Shown: one piece after another, positions 38,486 through 50,152 of the stretch
Position numbering within the stretch: the stretch's first letter is position 1
How the letters are laid out: each line of letters begins with the position of its first letter
NCBI GenBank assembly: GCA_000320545.1
Contig: ADNK01000824.1
Coordinates: 62,001-126,000 of the forward strand
Length of the DNA stretch: 64,000 nt
Direction: 5' to 3'
DNA from: Bigelowiella natans CCMP2755
Lineage: Eukaryota; Protista; Cercozoa
Position numbers and translations under genes: made by a program
Notes under the pieces: model-generated
Database searches by the model: none
What the model saw: only the letters and a program-made list of their open reading frames with translations
What the model was told of the DNA's origin: nothing

Positions 38486-40585
38486 ATGAAGAAGAAATCC
38501 TCCCCCCGCGACGCCGAACCAGGAGGCTCGCAGATGCCCGAGACGCCCTCAGAAGGTTGGAGTTTTTGGGAGGGGGAAGTGAAAACAGAGGGAAAGAGGG
38601 TCGAAGCAAAGAAACGGAGAAAGAGAGAGTAGGGGGTGGGGCAGAACGAACAGGCACAGTGTGAGTACGCCGCAGTGACTACAACACAAACATGCGTGTG
38701 GATAATGTGCTACTTCGCATGAGTCGATCTCCTCGTGAGCTTGAATCGTGCGGCAGTGTAGACGTGAGAACAGCCAGGCCAGAGAGGGATGAGCTTGAAT
38801 TCAAACGTAAGAGTTCCTTTACTCCCGAAACTAGGCAAGCGGGAGCTTGGACCACGTCTCCCCTCAGACCCAGAACTCAATTTTGCGTCTGCTAGATTCA
38901 ATCCAGACAAAGCTCTACGTGAGGATTCAATTGCTATACCGGTACCATTTTCCGGGATGTGAGCGTATGGGGCGTTTATTAAAGAGAGTTGCTAGATAAG
39001 CAGCTTTTCAATTCGGCCAAATTGGGGTGTGGTTCTACGTGATCCCCCTCCCAACTTGTGTGCTGCATCATCAGGTCCAGGATGCACCGACACGCGACCA
39101 TCTGTCGGCATGTCGCAGCCTTCTTCCGCAAACGGATGACGACTATGTGCCAGCTAAGTAAATGCTAGTCTAGCTGATGATAATGATACATTCCTAAAGA
39201 TCTTCGAGTCCGAGAGTTTATTGGCGCTCGCAGAATATTTCGTTCCCTCCACATTTCTCACAGAAATAGTTAACGATTGTGGTCTGTGTGTGGTGCAGAA
39301 AACCCAGCGCTGCTCGTGCTAATGATAAAGGTAGTTTCTCGTGTACCTCCTAGAATCAAGCACATGGTGCCATCGTGACTAGAACCTACTCTTGTGAATA
39401 TCGAGAAAAAGTAAGCATTTCTCTCCTTTCGTCTTCTTCCTCTTCGTCGCCCCCTGCTCTACTTTATCACCAGAAACAAAAGGAACGTCACGCCGGTTTC
39501 GGAAGAAAATAGTCAAAGGTATCATTATTTTTACACTATCGTTGGTAGGATACTAATGGCGATTATGATCACGTACCCTTCCCCCCCCCCCCCCCCCTAC
39601 GATTCCATTCTCAGATTCTCCAAGAATTTCTTGGAGCCTAGTCCAACAGCGTGTCTGGCGGAGGAATATCGGCGTATGCTATTTAAGGAGGGGGCGTGGG
39701 GGGATGAGTTGGGAGTGTAGCGGCGTGCATGCCAATCGCTGTGAAAGATGAGATATTCGAAGCAACGCAACACCATTGCTTCTAAACTACAAAACATGTT
39801 GTTGCAGCGCTGATGAATCGCCACGAAGCAAAGAAAGCACAGAAGGAAGGAAGAATGTAAAGACTATATTCTGCGAGCGCCAATAAACTCTCGAAGTGTA
39901 TCTTGATATAGAGTGCGTATTGATAGTGGGAGTTGTGTTGTCATACAGATACGGCCCGCTCAGCGTACTCCGAAATCTTTTCATAGAGTAATTGCAACAC
40001 AAATGACTTGAAGCCATACAACTAGGGACACACTCGGTGGAGCTGTCGTTGTAATATTGTGTGTCAATGAAAATCAGCCATGCTTACATGCACATCTTTA
40101 ATTAGGAAAAAAAGGGCGCGGGTTCTTATACGAGGTGTGAAGAGAATAAAAGCCAAGGTTACTGGATATCTACGGGCATTTGACAAGCACTGCAACATGG
40201 TGAAAGAAAGATGAATTAGTATAATATTTCAAGCAGCTTTTGCTGCTGCGTAGTCTCCCCAACGTTCCTATCAAAATGTCACAAATCACTTCGTTCAGAT
40301 TCTCTTCGACGTACTCGAGACTTCTACGCTGCGATTAGCAGAAACTCCCCTAAAGTAAGCTGCATGCCTGCGATAGTAGAGATGATAATACTTTTGTAGA
40401 AGGGATGGAGTATGTCCAGATTTCCTAACTTTTCGCCCAAAAACATTATTTACTCTTGCAGATCTCGTCACATGAACCAGCTTTTTATAAGGGGGGAGAA
40501 TGTTGTAGTTGTTAGTATGGATCCTACAGCGTCTGGTAACGATGAAAATGATCAGGAAAAAGGAGGGGGAAGTAATGGTCGATGA
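38486..40585 (+). CDS. LSM11: U7 snRNP-specific Sm-like protein LSm11, about 12 exons; missed by the ORF track
   Basis: Spliced: HPELNFASARFNPDKAL...IPVQDAPTRDHLSACRSLLP (N-terminal LSm11 motif), YGPLSVLRNLF, RARVLIRGVKRIKAKVTGYLRAFDKHCNM|ILFDVLE (Sm1), RHMNQLFIRGENVVVV (Sm2). Confidence 0.9.
39211..39893. repeat. Perfect 28-bp inverted repeat split between two LSM11 introns
   Basis: cgagagtttattggcgctcgcagaatat (39211-39238) and its exact reverse complement atattctgcgagcgccaataaactctcg (39866-39893). Confidence 0.9.
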
Positions 40586-40659
40586 CATTAGACGTCCTTC
40601 ATTATTTATTATCATGTTATACATGTATATAAGTGTATATATCTACCAATTAAATTATT

Positions 40660-41250
40660 ATCTAGTTATGTGCGATGCGAGTGCTACATGCGAGCATGCA
40701 AGCGCTTTCGATGCTGCATGTTTAATACATAGCATATCAAGATTTATGCATGTCTAGATGTATCCTCTAGAGTCTAGTACATTGTTGCTAGTTAGCTATA
40801 ATAGACACAGCAATACATAGCTAGCTAGGTGTAACGTACTCTAGCTAGCTAGTACTAGCAGATAGCTAGCTAGCTAGATAGCCGTACTACACATACATAC
40901 TACGCGTACGCTGCATGTGCTCTAGCGTGGTCTAGCGGAGTACCACTACTAACAAGCAGGCGGACGCACGCTAGCTAGCTAGAGCACAGCATGTGATCTA
41001 GTGATGAATCTCTTTACTAGTACGTATTATATAGTCCATATAGCTCCGTATATGCTGTCATGAGACACAATATCTGCTAGTCTGTCCCATTCTAGCATTG
41101 CATCCATCCATCTAGCTACATCTAGACGTCGTGCACCAACATTGGTCTACATGCACTATAGATATGACTAGATGATGCGACATGCTAGCATGCACACAGC
41201 AGCCGCGGAGCACGCCGATGCCACGTATACACACATGAAGATAAGTACGT
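40660..41250. other. Convergent intergenic spacer strongly enriched in CTAG/AGCT/CATG/TGCA words
   Basis: For example gctagctagtactagcagatagctagctagctagatagc. Similar composition in the other tail-to-tail spacers (about 11150-11830, 24700-25250, 28270-28900, 51620-52050). Confidence 0.65.
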
Positions 41251-41567
41251 TCGGCAATGTACAATAACTTTACTTCTGGATGTACATGAGACTATTAGAC
41301 TAGCCATGAGACCGCATGTACAATTGAAACCCAATTGCGTTGGTTATCGCAAAGTGGGGTCAAACTCTGCAGAGTCAGTCAAAAATGGAGCAAACGAAAA
41401 AGGTTTTGATATTGTACAAGAAACTAACGAATTGTGCTAGATCGACAGATGATGGAAGACCATTAGCCAACATTGGCAGTCGACAACTCCACAAAGGGAT
41501 ATGAATATCAACTCTCAAAAATGTAGCCGAGGCTTCAATCGTAGTCGTGGAATGCAAAAAGGCGAAT

Positions 41568-43107
41568 TTAGATCATGGAACCGAGATGAACTTGGACTCC
41601 CATTTTTGGCTTCGCGCCAAGATCATTGAGGTTGACATCTGCACCAGCGCTAACTTCAACACCTGCACGGACCTTGTGGTGGACAGCAACACCAACAGTT
41701 CCTGAAGCATCGATGCGTCCGGACACGGTGGAAGAGTCATCGAGGGAGTGGGAAACTCCTGCCATGAAATTGTGGCCCTTAGTCTGGAAGTTGTAGCTCC
41801 CCTTAGCGGCAACTTTTGTGTCTGCGTCAAGAGTCTTGTATGCGGTTGCAGAAACTGTGTCGGTACCCTGAAGCGATCCAGCGATAGAGTAGTCTGGTCC
41901 GGAGTACTTCATTCCGATGCTAACCAAACACAGCAGACGAGAATGCCCAAGTTAATTCACATTCGCAGCGGGAGATTTAACTATTTATAAGTGGCCGCGT
42001 AACCAACGATTGTTTAATATTATATCACAACCTGTGCGCAGATACGCCGTCCTGAGTGCCCTTAACCTCTGCTCCCAGGGAAACTCCATCGAGGTTGTTG
42101 ATTCCTCCTACTGCCATGCTTCCGTGGAAAGATCCAAGTGTTTTGTCGGTCAGGCCACCAACACCAAGACTAGCTTTGAAGTTGTCCGAGGTGTACTTGG
42201 CTTCTGCATCAACCGAAGATCCTCCACTGGAAACCTTCATTTCAAGATCTGCATCCCCCATCTGAACCAAAACGTAGCTCTCGTTAGGGCTGGCGATTCT
42301 CACACCTACTATTGTCTGATCTTTCAACAGTGAAGTCAACCTTTTGGGTGGTTTTTCCGCCGGCACGGATCCTTGATTTATCATCCAGAGAGATGAATCC
42401 CTTCAAGTTATCTCCGAACTGTCTTTCGAGCTCCAAGGAAATGAGGTCGCTTGTCTTTGCGGTGCTGCTGTCGCGGAAACGGATCTCACCTGTGGATCAA
42501 CGATTATGTTCAGAAAGGATACTCATATATAACTCCATTCCTAAGTGCGTAAGAGACTCACCGGGTTCGTCAAAGGTCTTGGAAGCGACGACTTTGTTGC
42601 TACCGCTGGTTGCCTCGAGCTTCACCTTGCTGTCCTTGGGAAACTTCTTATCTGAACATCATTGGCCATGACTTGAGTGAAAGTATCTAAATCTCTTTAG
42701 ATGATTAAAGTACCGTCAAGAATTCCTCGAGCATCGGACCCAAAGTCTCCGTAGAATCCCTTTGCATCCGCATACTTCGATCTGTCAAGACAGCGAGTTT
42801 AATTAGGCGGGATTCATAGCGTGACACCTTCCAGTGCTCACCTGAAGCCAGAATTTGCGTCACAGCCTCCTCTGAGACGGTAGAGGCTGGGGCCACGGTT
42901 ATATTGCGTGACGCCTTCTGGATATTCAGAAACCCCGCCTACATTGTAAAAGCAGCCATTACACGAAGTTCCGACGAAGGAATCGAAGAACTAACCTTGG
43001 AGGTTTCCGGATCTTCCGGTTGTAAAGACAACACAGCAAAGAACCACTGCAGCCAAGGCTGCAGGAAGGTAGAGCGAAGATCGGGAGCGACGAGAGCGAG
43101 CGAACAT
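41568..43107 (-). CDS. VDAC/porin-3 family beta-barrel with N-terminal signal peptide and RLRGG-ending leader, 7 exons
   Basis: Exons 43107-42996, 42938-42842, 42781-42714, 42651-42562, 42489-about 42341, about 42262-42032, about 41919-41568 join in phase. Core FYGDFGSDARGILDDKKF, SIGMKYSGPDY, GVSHSLDDSSTVSGRIDASGTVG, and C-terminal beta-signal KMGVQVHL. Confidence 0.88.
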
Positions 43108-44110
43108 CTTCCAAAAGGGGGGGGGTGGGGATCTGACGGTTGAAGTCTGTGTTAAAAACAATAGGGTCTCTCGCAAGAGCCGAGCGGCACAAATCCGAAC
43201 ATTTATTTCTTCCACAAAGACAGGGTATTTACCGTGTCGCATTTCAGAATTACACCCAGTTTTCACAGGCCACTGAGAAAAACTGCGAGACCGGAAATTG
43301 ACCCTTCTCCGAATGGGCGGGAAGATTGTGATTTCCCAATGTGAGACAACTAGAATGAACAAAATTTAGACAGAATTCCAGCCCATTCCTCTTGGTGATT
43401 TATTGCCGCAAAGAGCTTTTGGACGGGATACCCCTTCTTGGTAGTTCTTACGCATTCCAGTACCCCCTTTTCAGATGAAGGTGTCATCGGGGGCATTGGA
43501 TTTAAATGTGTGCGACATAATTCTGAAGCCAATTCCGACTGTTAATCGACCTGTTTATTTCTACACCGTGTCACATCATCTAAGTCATCAATTGTGAAGC
43601 AAACGGATGATTGGTCAATTCTTTTCTTTTTTTTTTTCCACAGTGAATCGTCCAAACTGCTGTTCTCTTTGTTCTTCTCTTTCCTCTTCGCTGCTCTTCG
43701 ATTCCCACTCTTCCGAACGGCCAAAATTGGACATTCGCCGAATTTCTGCGTGGAGCTCTTCAGACAGAAATTCCACCTGAAAACATCTTGAAGTGCCCAC
43801 GAGATCTGCACCCTTCAGGCAGGAACCGTAGCTTTTGGCGGCGAAAATCGTCCAAGTTGGATAAGATTTAATTTATACTAAATATATCCTAAATAAAATG
43901 TCTAGTTAGAGCACCGAGACGAGGAAGACTTAGGCTACAACAGCTCCTGATTCCCGACCGCAGGGTCAATTCGTCTGCTGCACTTGCGACCATAACAGCC
44001 CCCCCAAGCCCCAAGTAGAGATACGGACAAGGCTGGGATAGCGGACTTGATTACATAGATAGTGTGGGAAATTTCTGCGAGCTGGCATACCTTGCTGCGA
44101 GTGTCCTCCA

Positions 44111-45659
44111 ATGGTTGTGGTCGATAGTTGCGGCGTGTGCGCATCTTCATCCTATGGCCGTTCTTCGTCAGTAGTTCGTGCAAGACTCAGGCGTGCCGCT
44201 GCCACTGCCGCTGTTCTCTGTCTGGGGGCAATCTTGAATGTCCATCACCTCACGACGACGCCCCGCAATAACAACTACGGTGACTTCGCAAGGGTGCGGG
44301 GAAGGAGCAATCGCACTGCGGCAGCATTAGCTGCATACCACACAGCGTTCTCTGCCGCAAATATCGCCACATCTGAATGCAGAAGGGCTGGCAGATTTGA
44401 CAGATGTCCTGATGCAAGTTCTTGGAACATACTCAGAGGGGGGAAGCCTACGGTGTTGCTAAGCTAGATAATCCAGAAATGGAACTTTTGTCAAGTTATT
44501 TCGCCGTATTGAGCATTAGTCCTGCGATATGCCGGAGCTATTTTCGCATGATGAGTTCGTCATTTCTTTTACTACTATAAATGCAAACCACAACAAGCGA
44601 CACAGCTCCGGCTTCGATCCGAACAGCAACACTGATGACATGCATAAAAACCGACACACGAATACCGATAATTGCCGTTGTCTCAATCATCCCTTCTTTA
44701 GCAGCACCTACTCTAATCGTTCTCACTGTATCCACAAAATTATTCAGCGACGTGAGCTAAGTGAAGACTCGAGCAGCGATGGTATATATTCATGGCTTTC
44801 CCCGTTAGAATTACGTTCCTAATACTTTAAATACTTGCATCTTCGATACACAGACTTTGAGAATTCTTGGGTCTACCAGCACACTGTCAATCGACCTTTT
44901 CTCTGCGAGGTAGCAGTAGTTATATATAGTGTTAAAGATAGTATATACAATAGGAGGAAGAAGAAGAAGAAGAAGAAGAAGAAGAAGAAGAAGAAGAAAA
45001 TATTTTAATTATTTTCGTTCCTCACTCTCACTCCACTTTGTTCTCTCGTGTCCTACCATCATTTTTCATTATTACTTATAGGTAAATCCGGAATGGATCC
45101 GCGACACCTTCAACCTAAATGGTCTATCGACGCAGGTAGTAGATCGGTCATCTCTGCGACATTCTAAGCTCAGCACCTGAGAGAAGTTTGTTTCATCTGT
45201 TCGTAACTTGTACCAATCAGATTCCTCACTACGAGATCTGTCTTCGGAGAATTCTGGACTATGTACGACAGAAGCCAAATGATACGTTATCTGCGCTATT
45301 ATTATCGCTACCGTTTCAATCATCATTATCATCATTGTCATTATCATTATCATCCTACTCGTCGCAACCATCACATTAAATGCTTATAAATGCCACACAT
45401 AAACAATAAATGCTGATAGCCATGTATCTACCAAAATACAGGAGGTTGGTTTCGACAAGCTGCCCCCGAAGAAACAGGCAGAGCTCGAAGCATGTTGTGG
45501 TAGTTCTAGGACCATCCACAATAGAATATACGAGTTTAGAATTACTTCATTGAGAATAACAAAAACGTGAATTTCTAACGATATTTCATTGATTCGAATG
45601 AAAATGGTGGCTATGATCATGACAAGTAGGAAAGATGGCGAGGAGTACAGCACATCGTC

Positions 45660-45697
<38 letters not shown>

Positions 45698-46558
45698 CGC
45701 TACAATCTATCTCCTGATTTATCACTTCAGAAACTCTGTATGGGTTGGTGCATGCACGGTACATCACCTCACCGGAGGGGCTTGACCGGATGAGGCAGAA
45801 GTATGAAAGAGGAGGTACTTCCCGCTTGTGATCATCACCAAAGCCTTAAACGAAGAGACCAATTTCGATCATAATAATAATAGTTGGAGAGCTGTGTATT
45901 TTTAATTTTATTGTACTGCAGCGAAAATTAATGATGCCGAAAATGACTGCGAATTTGGCCTGTTCTCCTCCTCCTCCTCCTCCTCCTCCTCCTCCTCCTC
46001 CTCCTCGCCCTTCTCTTATTGTTGCTCGGAAGACTTTGGAGCATGCCCTAGGGCCCTTTGCAAAGGCTTTCGGCTGCTGCCTGTTGGAATAACGGTACTG
46101 CGCATGCATGTATGTGTGTGCGCTCAATGGGGAAACCTTTAGGTTGTAGGTGATATCAACCACTTCTTCTTCTTCTCCTTCTTCTTCTTCTTTTTCTCCT
46201 TCTTCTTGTGTATCAGGACGAGCTCAGGCTGAGGCCCGTGAAGACGTTCTGCCCGAATTGCAAGTAAGCGTTTCTTCTTTCGACAACAACCTGACCACCT
46301 CTTCCTTCCCATTGGTTGTGTAGTAGTAATAGGACGATGATGATGGATGATGATGATGATATACTTGCTAGCAGTGATAGTATCTCCACAACGTTGAATG
46401 ATAAGATTGTCCTTTTTGAAAAGGAAAAGGCATAAACACACACATACACACACGCACACACACAGCTGTAGCGAATGAGCTATATTATCCCAACTTGGTG
46501 GGCTGTGGAACTTAAATAACACCTCTTCGAGGTTCGTTGCTGATGGTTGTCTGTTCTC

Positions 46559-46597
<39 letters not shown>

Positions 46598-46877
46598 ATT
46601 ATCTGGCTGTCTTACCTTGCAGGGAGCTCTACCACGTTCGAGTAAGGCATGCGGCGACCATCGACGGGGCATTCTACACGAGGTAGATCAAGTTTTACAA
46701 CAATATGACTCTCTCTTCTCTATCTTTTCTTCTTCTTTTTCTTGTTCTTCCTCCTCCTCTTCTTCATCAACACCAACATCAATCTGTTCTTTTTGATCCT
46801 TTGATCGAAAGGAAACCACGACAACTCAGCTGTCATGAAATACCATAGCGATACTCTTAGAGCTATAATATTATCCC

Positions 46878-46911
<34 letters not shown>

Positions 46912-47893
46912 GTCATCATCATTATCATCATCATTGTCGTCATCATTATCATCATGATTGTCGCTGACAGTGTAGTTCCTCTTATGCACTGCTTCATCAT
47001 TGCTGACTTATGTGTTCTGATGGTGATCTGCTGCCTCACTCACTCACTCACTCACTCACTCTGCTGCAGAACATTTCCGCACATGTTTCTACTCAAGTAC
47101 CCCCACCTACAACCTAAATGCCAGCCGGTAAATCAGACAAAAAGAATGATAATTCGCATTGATGCTTTGGAGGCGTTAATCTTCTTTTATTGCATCACCA
47201 TCTCACCAGCATAATAGTAGTCTGAATCCAAGCTACTTTCTAGCTACTACATCCTGAAACGACGTGGCGGGCACGAATGACTGATCATCATTGTCTTCTC
47301 AGGTGAAGTATCAACCGACAATATTTGGGTTCAACGTCAAGTATCCGGATCTGCCAACGGTAGTAGAAAGTAGAAGGGAAGGAGAAGGAAGAGGAAGAGG
47401 GAGGAGGAGGTTCCCTCCTTTTAAATCTAAGTTTCTTCCATCATGACAGGCCGATGACTATGCACTTCAAGAAAAGGCAAAGTTGGAAAAGGAGCAAGCA
47501 GAGGCAAGGGCCAAAGAAGAGCAAGCAGAACGAGTAACCAATCATGAATTGTTTCGTGGAAGTAAGTTTATGCTTCTCTAACACTCCTCATGCACAACAG
47601 GGCAAGGACGAGGAAAAGAAGGAAGAAAATGGTAGTGTGGACCCGAACGCTACTTCTAAGAAAGAGCAAGCTTCACAGGAGGCAAAACCAAAAGGTTTCA
47701 TGCTTCTACGGAAGAATGTGTTAAATGTGATCTAACAACTTTAAATTACACAGCAGGCGAACCTCAGCCAACATCACTTTTACCGGGCGTTCCGATGGAT
47801 AATCAGACTGTTCAGCCTCAAGATGCAGAGATGAAAGGAAGAGATCAAGACCCCCCGGCACAAAATTCCTCGCCCGTGCAGACGCGGACATAA
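44111..47893 (+). CDS. CKB: Casein kinase II regulatory beta subunit with long N-terminal leader and K/E-rich C-terminal tail
   Basis: SWV...FLCE|VNPEWIRDTFNLNGL, LYGLVHARYITSPEGL, DFGACPRALC, VKTFCPNC, IDGAFY, TFPHMFLLKYP, YQPTIFGF. The leader has a hydrophobic AAATAAVLCLGAIL stretch and ILRGG. The link between leader and core exons is inferred. Confidence 0.88.
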
Positions 47894-48578
47894 ATTTAGA
47901 GAAATATTATATCAAGTAGCGGTGATTATATATTTCTTAGCAATTCGTGAATCCATTGCGGGAGATATAGACGACGTGGATGTAGCTGCTACTTTAACCA
48001 CGCCTCTGCGTGCATTGCGATCACACGCATGATTACGCATCAAAGTTTGCATGTGCATCATGAATCATGAATGATGTTGCATGGGCAATGAGCAGGGCGC
48101 CTTAGGGTTATAACTACACTGCAATTTAACAATTATGATACTGGTGCAACCGCATCGACAGCCATTCTGTACATGTGCGATGTGAGTGTACGAATACTCC
48201 TCCCACGCACAATGTGATCTCGGGAGCTGTTATATACGGCGAGGACCGTGTGGATAGTTGCTAATAAAGCTTTGCATGAAAGTGCTAGATATATCGATAG
48301 CCATGATAATCGTATGAGCATAGCCGTGCACATTCATGAGAGAAACCTTGATGTGTACATGCTTATGATGCACCAGGACATCGCAAAACAAATGTGCTGA
48401 CCCCTGGCTCTTATTCCGCTAAACCATCATCAGTGCAACTGCGCCGCTTGGCATAACGATCTATGCGGACAGGGGAAAATACTATTGCGTTGTTAAACCC
48501 TGTAAATATCACTGGGTGATTGCAACGCTGTGTCTGTACAACTTTTATCGAACATTGCTTACAATAACTAGTATCAGA

Positions 48579-49805
48579 TCATTTGTTACTGATCTCATCG
48601 GTATTACTCTCGGAGGCGCCATTACCACCGTCCGCACTACTATTGCCTTTGACCATATCTTGGTTGACGATTTTTGCAAATTCTTCATGAGATAGGAAGT
48701 CAACGAGGATGACCAACACAGTTTCTTGCAGCCAGTTCTGGATCCAGGGATCGTCTATAATCTATAAACATGCGAATAATGTGTGTCACATTAACATGCT
48801 GCAACAACGTACAAAATTGTATTTTCGTCATCTCACACCTCATGAGTGTTCCAAAGAGCAATGTCTGTGGTACCATCCACAACCCAGTCCTGTCGAAGAA
48901 GCCACACGATCAATTCGCGTAGGCTTCTATACGTCGTTGGCTCCTTTATCACGTCTCGGATCTCGAAAATTACCACGTCTCAAATAAGAAAAGATAGATT
49001 CGGCGAATAATTACATAAAAAAGTAAAAATGGAAAAGAAAGTTTTGTTCCGCATCTCTCACTACGGCCATGCACTAAAGTTGTATGCTACGGCCACACTC
49101 ATCCACATCAGCGATATGCATGTCTTGTGTCGATGATATCGTTACACTGAGAAGAAAGCCTACCAGATCAATGACTGCCTCTCGTATATTCTCATCCTTG
49201 GATAGGAGAGCGTGTACTACATTTCGCGAGAGCTGCTGAACAGCCGCCTGAACGACCTGAGGTGGGAGAGTAGTTGGAGTGGTAAACACTTCGCTGATAA
49301 TGTGATGAAATTTTTAATGAAAATATCCTGCCTGGTCCTCCAAGGTTTGAGACGTTATCTCAACTACTTCCTGTGAGAAGTAACTCCTTATTGTGGGAAG
49401 ATAGTACACTAGAAGCCCCCCTCCGGCACAGATAGCGACGACTCCAAACCTAATAATAACATAGGAAAGTGTTTCCCTTGGCATCACTGCCGTTCCCATC
49501 AACAGCTACCGATTTCCCCCTTATCTACACCATCATAATTTCGTCCTATTTCCCTATAATTTTTTGGTTTCTCCCATATAATCGTAATCATTATCGATCA
49601 ATCACCTTCGAGCTTTGTTCCACCATCCATCATAATATTTTCGGAGCTCCTCCAACACCTCCTTCGTCGAAGAGGCCCGTGTGTATGATCGCACAGGAGG
49701 GCGACGACGAAGCGAATATCTACTTCTAGTGCACATTTGAAGTGGTCTCATCCCTGGCTTTGCCCGCGCCATGCGGCAGAGGGCGCGGGTGGGTGAGGGG
49801 AGCAT
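48579..49805 (-). CDS. Hypothetical mitochondrial single-TM protein
   Basis: Arg-rich, acid-free presequence MLPSPTRALCRMARAKPGMRPLQMCTRSRYSLRRR; TM FGVVAICAGGGLLVYYL; helical repeats SQEVVEITSQTLEDQ, VQQLSRNVVHALL, DPWIQNWLQETV; ends EISNK*. Confidence 0.65.
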
Positions 49806-50152
49806 TCGTTTGCTGCCTCCAGATGTGTATTGGACGAGTATTGTGTACATGTACGTCAAGCTAATATCCTTTGTCGCAGGGCATTAAATATAGGTTATTT
49901 TGGATCAATTTATCACCTCTTCGGTGGGGAATCAAGGGAAGTCGTAGTGGTAAAATTAAGAGCATTTTACTGGCGTCTTTCGCGGAAATAAATTGTCCAA
50001 TGAATGTAGGCGGATATTATACAGAGACATGGATTTATTGCTCTTTCGAGCGCAATTATGAGGGGTGGCGGGGCAATGGGAATCGGCGATAATGACAGCG
50101 ACGGCAGCAGAGCTGCTTGAATCTGTGTGAAAATGGAGCATGCTCGCCTCAG

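Noticed and set aside
43350-43811. Two same-frame minus-strand ORFs separated by one TAA (readthrough or pseudogene?)
   Set aside because: No recognisable family or motif. The region lies in the porin/CK2 beta promoter interval and is probably non-coding.
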